From assembly GCA_015680685.1 (NCBI GenBank), contig MNCI01001941.1:672252-736251 (forward strand): a stretch of 64,000 nucleotides of DNA, written 5' to 3'. Position 1 is the first letter of the stretch. Every line of letters starts with the position of its first letter. The notes under the pieces were generated by a model, which was given only the letters and a program-made list of their open reading frames with translations, searched no databases and was not told where the DNA came from. Shown piece by piece: positions 54,930-64,000 of the stretch. Position numbers and translations under genes: made by a program. Source of the DNA: Gnetum montanum (lineage: Eukaryota > Plantae > Gnetophyta).

Positions 54930-57900
54930 CTATAGGAGGGGGTGGGGGATCATCTCCACATTTGCCACTGGGGCCACTACCATCATTTGGTGTCTATGAC
55001 ATAACAACACAAAGCCAATCAGTGACCAATGCACATAAAAGAAAAATGAATAACTTAAAGAAAAAATAAAGAGTAATAAAACCAAAGCTAAAATAAGTGA
55101 ACTTGAGATGGTTCTAGAGCTACATGTTTCGTGGGAAAGTTTTGAAGACCAACCTCTAGATAGTGGAGGAGTTGGTTTTCAAAAATGTTAGACCAATCTA
55201 CATCTCCAAGATTGATACTTGTAAGGATATTAGTCATATTAGCATTAGTTCATGTAGGTTGCTCATGCAAAAATGTGAAAATAGTTACTTTCCTTGAGGT
55301 AGTAGTCATGTGATGAGTGGGGGAGGTGGCTACAACCACACTCTTCGCAAACATCTTGTAATTCTCCTTTGCATTGATGTTCATCATAAATAATTCTAGT
55401 CACTACCACTCTATAGACTCCTCCTATAGCCACTTGAGGTAGGCATCTGCTTAGTCTTGTATATCCTCATGTGGTCCTTTTGAGTGTGACCCCACCTAAG
55501 GACCCAAGTGTAGTAATCCTCCCACTCACTAGCATTGTAGTTTTTGAGATTGATCTAGAGCTTTCGTCCTGCCACCTCTCTAGTAAGGGTAACTTTACCA
55601 TGGATCACATTCCAATAGCAGGCCCAAGTTATCTCCTATATGTGTAAGGAGTCCTTATTGGTAACTTGAGCTTCCACAAAATCCTTATGACCACTGATGT
55701 CATTTACCTCCTCCTTCAACTATGTGTTTTCCTTTCTCATTGCTACAACTTATTCCCATAGGAACTTGTTGGAGCATCTACATCCTCACAAAGACTTAGC
55801 ACACAAGAATGCACATCTAGTGGTACCATCGTATAGCTTTCATGGGACATTCTCTACATCAAGAGGTAAAGGATGCAATGCTACAACCTCCACTAGTCGA
55901 AGAGGATCCCATCTTAGGTTATGGATTGTAGCCAACATAAAATAAAATCCAACAAATAAAATCAGCCAATAACTAAAAAATGAAGATGATAAAATTGTCT
56001 CAACCATAGAAAATCATCTAAAACCAAGACCCCATGAAAAATAGTAAATGAAAAATAAGTTAGAGCTCTTACCAAGATTAGGGGCTATCTGCTACAACTA
56101 GTTAACCATGTCTTTAGCTACATCTCACATGAATTCAAGCTTATTTGGGGTATTAACCCATGGTTGCATATGAAAGGTGGAACTGGAAGCTTTAGCTTGA
56201 GGTTCTTTGGCTACAATAAGCATAATAAACAATCAAAAACTATAGCAAAGATCAAACATGAATTAAAAAAAAATAATAACAACACATAAAATCAAAAACC
56301 ATAAGTACCTGGTGGATCCCCTAATGAGATAGTAGGTATTTCACCTAGTTGTTCACTCTTATTCTCCTCCTACTACAATGTCTCATCATCATAATGCTTT
56401 AATATTTTCTCCTCTCAATGTTTTCACTCCCCCTCTTCCTAACACCTTCGCTCATCCTCAGCCACTGTTGATACTGTCATAGCTTCTTGCTCTAGTTGCT
56501 TACTTGCAAGAGCACCAATCATAAAAATACAGAACAAGTTAGCACATTTTGTCTAAGAGAAAACATTAAAGTAACTTAAAACCATAACTTTAAAACATAT
56601 TAACCAAAAAATAAACAAAGAAATAACATTCCTCTAACATCATGTTGCACCTCACTAAGCTTAACAATCAGTTTCTTCTTCTTTGTGGGCTCCTCTATCA
56701 CTGGCACTATCTCATCCACTAAGGACCTCTTAGGCTTTTCCCTAGCTATCCCATTAGTCTCAAAGTGTAATGCTCAAGCTTTCTTGACATTACCTTGCAT
56801 CATGAGAGGTTCCACCCCCATGCTATTAGGGGATGCACAACATCTACCATCAAGCCCCTTCGTTGTAATGGATAGCAATTACTTGACATCATTTGATGGA
56901 TCTTGGGAATGTGTAGTGGAAGCAAGATTACTTATCCAATGCCCATCATTTATCACCATGAGGAACTCAATGAATCTCTATATATAAGCTATGAAAAGGG
57001 TGAAATTTACATGGCACTTTTTCTTGAGATTCTCTCTAAGTTTCATGACTTCCAACTACAGTTTAGTAGCCAAGTGAGTAGCCTAGTTGAATAAAGCATC
57101 CTCAATGACTACCTACTTCATGGTCCAAGATTTCTCCATGCCTAGGACCTTCCCCTGTGATAGCAACTTAGGATATACATGGGATCAAAATAAAGGATAC
57201 ATCTCTCTAGCATCTGAATCCTAGAACTAGCTTAGAGAGAATTCCTTACTACCATGGTGGACATTTAGCCACTTCTCCACTTCCTCCTAATGGTCCACCT
57301 CCCTTATTTCTTTGGTGGCAACTAATATACCATCATTTGGAACACCAAAGAGGTCACTAATGGTGGAGGAATTAATATATAAGACAATGATCACACTGTG
57401 AACATAGGTGATGAATCTCTTAGTTCCTTGGCTAAAGGAGTCAAGGATGTTCAACATCTCTGCAATGGGAATAGTTGGGCCTGGGTTCATGAAAAGGTCA
57501 AGTAGGCCTACATGAATGACCCTTGTGTGGATAGCACCACATGTTTGGTCAAATAACTAGCACTACATAGCTTCCATCTCATCAAAATTAAGGCTTAAGA
57601 TCTTCTTAGTATAGCCTAATGTGATAATGGTAACTTCAACTTATGGAGTGACTACTATAACATAATGAAAGATAGCCTATTAGCCTTAGCATAGGTGCAC
57701 CATGTAAAAAAAATACAACAAGTATAGCCAAATTAAAAGGAAACTCATGAAACTACTTAAACAACCAAAACCAAAATAACTAAATAACTGCAAAACTAAA
57801 AATAACCTAAAATCAATAAAAAAAATACTCACTTCATCTATATGACACAAGCTTCTTAGGAGTTCTAGGATATGGGTTTACTTCTATGTCATCAAGAGAT
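54930..57900 (-). pseudogene. Putative multi-exon antisense accessory ORF of element E
   Basis: Coding-like blocks (GLLDLFMNPGP..ISDLFGVPNDG, FN*ATHLATKL*LEV) separated by T-rich blocks with GT donors (GTGAGT ~57832, GTACTT ~56308, GTAAGA ~56072) and TAG acceptors (~56211, ~54994). Confidence 0.55.
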
Positions 57901-60900
57901 GGGTTTTCCCATCAACTATTGTTGCAATCAAAAACATCAATGGGTAGAATACCAAGAGGTTGTTGGGTGAACAATTTAACTCCAGATCCATGCAAGGGCC
58001 ATGTTGGAGAGAAACAGAAGCAGGGTGCCCTAAACGGTTTGGTCGATTAGACAAGCACTTAATTGGTGTATCTTAACCTTTTGCAAATGCTTGTTTCAAA
58101 AGCAAGGCACGTGAAGTATTTCAATGATCAATAAATGTAAAGCAGTGAAAGTAGTGCAAAACAATGATGATAGTAAGCAAATAGCAAAACAGACTTGGGT
58201 GAGAAAGTGCACCGCCCCAAGGTCATGGGTTTGATCCTTTGCTTTGCTGAAAGGTGTACAATAGAACATGCAACACGAAAGAGGCACAACTTACACAGAG
58301 TAGTATGGTCACAGATCTCTAAACTATAGAGCTAACCAGCAAACTCAAAGCCAACTAGAGTGCTAGAAAGTATAGACTACACTCTCCAAAAGCCAACTTA
58401 AAAGCCAATCACCACCCCAAGACAACCCTTCGAGTGTTGTTTACTAGGGTATTTATAGGGCTAGGAGCAAGAGAAAAACGATGCCACGTGTCCTAGGCCC
58501 CACAAGGTACAAACATGGCTGTACGATGTAGGTGTGCGATGCTGGAGGTGAGCTTTGTTACACTGTGACCATACTGCTAAAACTGCATGTGCCAAAATCC
58601 AGTGTGCCAATAATGCAAGCAAAATGGAGCCTATGCTCTAGGACTACATCTTCCCTACTCTTGCAAGTAAGGTCAACTGTAGGAACAATTTTTGGGGATT
58701 GACCAGGGGTATGCAAAATGAAGCAAACTTGCTGATTCTATCTGCCAAAGAGATATCAGGATGAGAACAATCATTGCCAACAAGTTATAGAGCTAACCGA
58801 AGATGTCTTGATGCCTCCATGCTAGTGTTGCACTACCCACATTGTTCAGCACATTGGTATAGTGTAAGTAACTACTTGCTATGCTATGCTACACTACGTA
58901 GCATAGCATAGCATAGCCACCGGTCTTGACAGAAAACTTGTGTAGGAGCCGAGATCATTTGTATGAGGCTTGGTCAGGCAAACAACTGCAACTTTTTTCC
59001 TTCATGTCAGAAAGCCTTTGGACTTGCTGAATTCATCTTTGGAACATTTTTTTCATTTTTGCATCGTTGCTACATTGTGCTACGCTATGTAGCATAGCAC
59101 AATGTAGAAACTAGTGTATCATGCTTCCTTGTTCAATCTACCAAGAAACCTTGCTTGAGGGCTAAGTGGGATAATTAGTTTTGGAGGCTAAAGCATTGCT
59201 AAATGCAAACTTCTTATTGGAGTTACTTGGCAAAGGAGGGCCTTTGTGCGCTTTGTCCCTGTTACGCTCTACTACACTGCATAGCGTAGCACCTTGTGAT
59301 GGTGGAGCAAGTTTTCTTGATGGTTGCAACATGAGAAAATGCTTTGGAAGACCAACTTGTCATCAAATTACATGTTGTATGCTTGATTGATCTCTTTGAG
59401 GCTTACTACATTGCATAGTGTAGCGTAGCATAGTAGATTTCTATGCTAGAAAACTTGTCAAACTATTTTTCTCATCCCAAACACTTTTGACAACTCCTAG
59501 CATGGTCCTTAGGTAAATTGCCAGCTGGGTCAATTATCTGGTTGGGTAGGCTAGAGAGTCCAACAAGCCTATAAGCCCTAGAGATAGAAAACTTACTAGA
59601 TTGTACAGTCTCTCCTTGGTTCCTACACCATTCTGTCAACCCATCATGATGCTACACTTGTGGAAATCCTTGCCCAAATTCTAAGACTCTATTAAAGCAT
59701 GAGGGTCCTAAAATTTTATGGTGTTTTATTGGCCCCTCTTTGTTGATGTTTTAAGGATTTTCTCAAGAGAAATTAAAAAAGAATACAAAACATCATGAAG
59801 GACAAGATGCCAACATTACTCTCCAATGGTCACTTAGATGTCACTTTGCTATGCTTGGGAGTATCAGGTTAGTTGTATAGGGAAAGGGGGAAAGGATGGA
59901 TTTGAGGGAACAGGTTTAGGAAAGGGAAAGATATAACATAGTGTGGTCCCTCATTGGAGTGTTTATGAGGGAGTCAATACACATGGGCATCTTTCTTTTG
60001 CTAGCTTCCGACCTCTTGTCAAAATGCTTAGAGATGGTTGTTGTGAAATAGCTGATGTGCCATTTGTTTTGGGCATGTCTCTTTTTTGTTTTTATTAAGA
60101 TCTTTTGCTCTTTTACACTTTTGCGCTTTTTCTTCTTTTTTTTTAACCATGTTCACTTGCAAACAACCTTATTGTTGCAGGATAGGTGTTTCCTCCCCAA
60201 GATGAGTTGTGTTACATCCATGTGGGGCTTTGACATGCCTATAGGTGCTTCTCATGTGGCGAGCTGCATTACGTGCATCATGGACTTTGCGGTTGAGCAT
60301 GTGGAAGGGCTTTATATGCATCGGGCAAGCTTGTAAAAGAGATGTAAAATGGGAAACTGGGGGTGTGAGAAACGAGCTGAAGAAGGTTAAGAGGGAGGGT
60401 GGGATGTGCACTCCCAATTAGCCAAGCTAGTCAGAACGATCACCTCGGAACGATGTAGTGTCCTATCCTCCTGGCGAAATGCATCTTTGAATGATGTCAT
60501 CTTGACCTGTATCCTGCAAACACAACAAGAAGTAGACCAGAAAAATGTAACCATGAAATGAGGTAAGGGAAAAATCCCACTTACTTTAAACATTTGTGAA
60601 GTAGGGAGCGTTGTTGCTGAAGCATGCAACATCCAAAATAGGAAGGCCTATAGCAGTTTTGGCAATGGCAAACTAAAGGGGTTGGCACTGAAGAGGCTAG
60701 GAGTTGTAGTAATGTGAGTGCTCAAGAGTCCTTGCCCAAGGCAAACATCATGTAGTTTAGCTGTAAGCTAAGAAACCTAGAAGCTAAACATCTTTTAAGC
60801 TCAGATGATGGCGGGGGCTGGAGGGTAGCAACTTTGTGGCTGTGCCACAATACTACTGGGACTCCAGTAGAAGGCATTGAAAATAGGAGCTACTGCCAGG

Positions 60901-61164
60901 GTGATGGGCTATGGTAGTAATAGCTCTGAAAGGTCAGCAAGATGTCAAATGACATCTCTAGAGAATCAGCAAGATGCTAGTGGCAGTGGCATTACATATG
61001 TTCTAAAGGGTATTTTCTTATCATCATGAACTACATTTTGGAACTGCAATGTCCCACCCCATGTTGGCACTATGCACACTCACTTGTTTGTGGGATCATG
61101 GATGTGGGCTAAGAACGTTGTGTCGTGAACCTAATTTAAGGTCTTGGTAGACCATCAAATGTAC

Positions 61165-61440
61165 TAGTTTAAGGTCCCAGCAGACTACGATGTGCTAGTT
61201 TAAGGTCCTAGCAGATCACTATGCTAGTTTATCATCATAGCGGATAGTGGATGGGCTAGTTTAAGGTCGTAGCAAACCATCTATGCCAGTTTTTTTTCAT
61301 CATAGCAGACATTCTTTGCCAGTTTATAGTCATAGCAGATGGTCTGTGCTAGTTTATAGTCATAGTGGATGGTCTGTGCCAATTTATAGTCATAGAAAAT
61401 GGTCTATGCTAGTTTATAGTCATATCAGACTATCTATGTT
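61165..61440. repeat. Tandem array of ~30-bp units in the element F 3' UTR
   Basis: About 9 units of GCTAGTTTATAGTCATAGCAGATGGTCTGT and GCTAGTTTAAGGTCC variants. Confidence 0.85.
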
Positions 61441-61459
61441 TACCTTGCTTTTGCATTAG

Positions 61460-62310
61460 ATGTAGTATGACTTGAGGTACAAGTGGTTCATAGGATTTGC
61501 AAACTCTTTGCCATCCATGTTTGCCAATTTGAAGGCTCCGTTCTCATAGGATATCATGACTATGAATGGACCTTCCATTTTGCTGAAAACTTGTTTACAT
61601 GCTCATGAAAAAATTTGAGAACTAGGTTCCCCTTTTTGATTGGTCGTCGATGTAGATTGGAATGATGCTTTTGCCACTGCTTGTTTTGGTACCATTTGAT
61701 ACAACCAAGTGTTTGAGCATGCTCCTCCTCTATGGAGTCAAGGTCAATGATCCTTGACTTGTTGTTTTGAGCCTCATTCATGATGCTTGAAAGGATCATC
61801 TGAAGTGATGGTACTTGCAATTCAAGAGGTAACATTGCTTTAGATCCGTAGACTAGACTATAAGGAGTCTTACCTATGACCATTCTACACATCGTACGGT
61901 AAGCCCATAGCACATAGAGAATTTTCTCATGCCATCACCTCTTACTATTGCTAAGCATTCTTTTTTGAAAGTTGATGATGGCCTTATTTGTTGTCTCCAC
62001 CTGAATTTTTTCCTGTGGGTAGTATGGCAACGAAAGGATTGCTTGATGCCAAGGTTTCTACTATAGGTTTTGGTTTTCGCGCTACTAAACTGTGGCCCAT
62101 TGTCTATCACAATAGTCATGGGAAGACCAAAACTTGTTACTATGTTGTCCAAGATAAAGTGACAAACCTATTGAGATGTATTTTTCCTCAGGGGGATAGC
62201 CTCTGCCCACTTTGTGAAGTACTCAGTGGCGGTGATGATGAAGCTATGTCCTGTGGAAGACTTAGGTGTGATGGTGTTGGCACATTTGGCCATTCCATGG
62301 AACAGTAAGA
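61460..62310 (-). pseudogene. Element F integrase
   Basis: ITATEYFTKWAEAIPL, FGLPMTIVIDNGPQF, LWAYRT, TPYSLVYG, KFSAKW, GAFKLANMDG; frameshifts. Confidence 0.9.
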
Positions 62311-63370
62311 CTCCTGATTTGAAAACTAAACTCATGGGTTTAATTTTGGTAAGCCTCTTACTTCATTTTCAATAACTTATAAAAGTCAAGTCATGCTTCT
62401 AACCTTATATATTCAAAGGTTGTTGGCATATCAAAGTTCAATTGCCTGGTTGTTAAGACTTTGTGGTGTGGTTTTAAATCAAAGTTTGAATGAGATTGTT
62501 ATGGGCGTAATTTTGGGGCAAAATCTGGCTTGTGGATATTCCAAATATTAGCAAAAATCTGCTACCAGTGGTCAAATAGATTTCAGTGGAAACGTTGGAA
62601 TACCATTCTGGAAAATATTTCAACGCGATTTTGGCACAGCCGTTGAGAATGGTTACGAAAAATGCCAAAACCCTCACTCACGCAGTTGCTGGCAACATAA
62701 GCAGAACCCAGAAAACCTGGATTTGTGCCCTAAAATCCTTGTTGCTGCTGGAGAGAACCTACGTTGAAGACCATCCATTTGCCTCGAGCGTTGTTGCTGT
62801 TGCCATCAACGTCGCTGCAGTTGCCGTCACGAGCACTATTGCTGGAGATGAACAGGCCATTGTCATTGGTCTGCGTGCCTGTCCGAGTGCTATTTTGAGC
62901 ATGAGTCGATGTGTTGAGAGAAGCAGAGTCGATGCCAACGCCTACAGTAGGTCGGGCAGATGAACAACGGTGAGAGAGAAACGAGCGGTGGGCGGATGAA
63001 TAGCGGCACCAACACAACACACGGCTACGACAATCAGAGGACCCTACCGATGTCTGCCACATGTAAAAAAAATTCTTCTCTGCCTGGCCGCGGCTGTGAT
63101 CTGGTACTGCTGAGTCTGGAGNAACAGGGTTCTTCTTCCAAAGGACTTATTTCAAATTTTTAGGCGGTATGTCATTCACTCCTCCTGCAACCTACCTTCC
63201 AAAAAAGTAGCCATGTCCAATGCTGATGCATTCGGTATCGCATACCAGTCTGGTGAATGCGGCAACAAAGACACAAAACCATATCAAGAAAGGTGCCTGG
63301 AGATATTTTGGGCCGATGCTAGTAAATCGGAGTTGCAATTTATCAAATAAAATTTTAAATAATCACAATA

Positions 63371-63414
63371 CCATATACACTAAGTGTGAAGCCCATATAC
63401 ACTAAGTGTGAAGC
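63371..63414. repeat. Perfect 22-bp tandem duplication
   Basis: CCATATACACTAAGTGTGAAGC twice. Confidence 0.9.
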
Positions 63415-64000
63415 CCCGGTTATAAACTTACCTTTTTTTTTAATTTAATTATCCCAAGACTTCAAAAAGTTATTGTTTTTAAATATTATTATATAAGTTA
63501 CTACCTACAAAATATTTGTAATATTAATGTTAAAATGTTTATAAAATTTTAAACATTTGTAGTATGTATTAATGTTAGCATGAAATTCTCCTAATTTTAT
63601 GCATAACTTCCTAACTCCCTAACTACATAACTTTCTCCTAGCTTGTTGGGCAAGGAATCTTCTAATTGGTTAGTCCAATTACTTAGGAGAAAAGTTAGGT
63701 GAGATATTTTTGAGATATTTTTGGGATATTTTTAAAATTGTAACTTCCCTACCTACCTTTGAACCCTATAAAAAGGTGGGGGGGGGGGGGATGAACATTG
63801 AAAAGGGGGGATCTTGGCTTCTCACATCATCACATTGGGGTTTGATACATCACACTTTGAAGGCTACTAGTTAGCACTTGGGCTCTCACTTGGAGATAAT
63901 TTGAGTCTTGGGGAGAACAGCATTTTGTAAAGAAGAAGTTGTAACGATTGCTTACAAGATGGCTTGCTAGAATAAAGATTTCAGCCTCTTTGTCATGGTC
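63407..64000 (+). mobile_element. Probable LTR 5' part running off the window
   Basis: Starts TGTGAAGCCCCGG, AT-rich U3-like tract, CCCTATAAAAAGG (~63764). No partner LTR in the window. Confidence 0.45.

Larger units (their letters stand above)
48406..58001 (+). mobile_element. Element E: Tat/Ogre-like gag-protease element without visible RT/RH/INT
   Basis: LTR-like 48406-~49914 (TGTAACC.., TATAAATA ~49164); PBS-like TTGCTACTAGAAGGAGGG (~49918-49935); gag FSKYNGQGDPNAHL, AHYWYHVLP; FCHYH motif; protease VHVDDG, LILGRPW; stop at 54228. No 3' LTR seen. Confidence 0.78.
58002..62310 (-). mobile_element. Element F: 3' half of a Tat/Ogre-like Gypsy (integrase, 3' UTR, PPT, 3' LTR)
   Basis: Integrase 62310-61460; PPT AAAGAGGGGC (~59730-59741); LTR ~59727-58002 with minus-strand TATAAATA ~58450-58457, ending in CA. 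Confidence 0.8.

Noticed and set aside
61165-61440. CRISPR-like array
   Set aside because: Eukaryotic context, no unique spacers and no cas genes; a simple degenerate tandem repeat.

Overview
AT-rich, CpG-depleted land-plant nuclear DNA, probably heterochromatin of a large genome. A fern or gymnosperm origin is inferred, not shown. I can support no intact protein-coding gene. Most of the window is nested, decayed Ty3/Gypsy retrotransposons: three nested Athila-like elements (about 16.9-37.3 kb), a chromovirus/CRM-like element with a related solo LTR inserted in its RT (39.7-46.8 kb), an RTE-type LINE fragment (46.9-48.4 kb), two related Tat/Ogre-like gag-protease-only elements with apparent spliced antisense ORFs (8.2-12.5 kb, 48.4-58.0 kb), and the 3' half of a Tat/Ogre element (58.0-62.3 kb). 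The most notable feature is a pol-less Athila-like element at 800-8191. Each of its two ~2.55-kb LTRs carries, antisense and upstream of the LTR TATA box, a captured intron-containing GH18 (class IIIb-like) chitinase gene fragment with its own promoter. No disabling mutation is identical in the two copies, so the captured frame was probably open at insertion. All coordinates were read by eye; ends marked approximate may be off by tens of bases or more.
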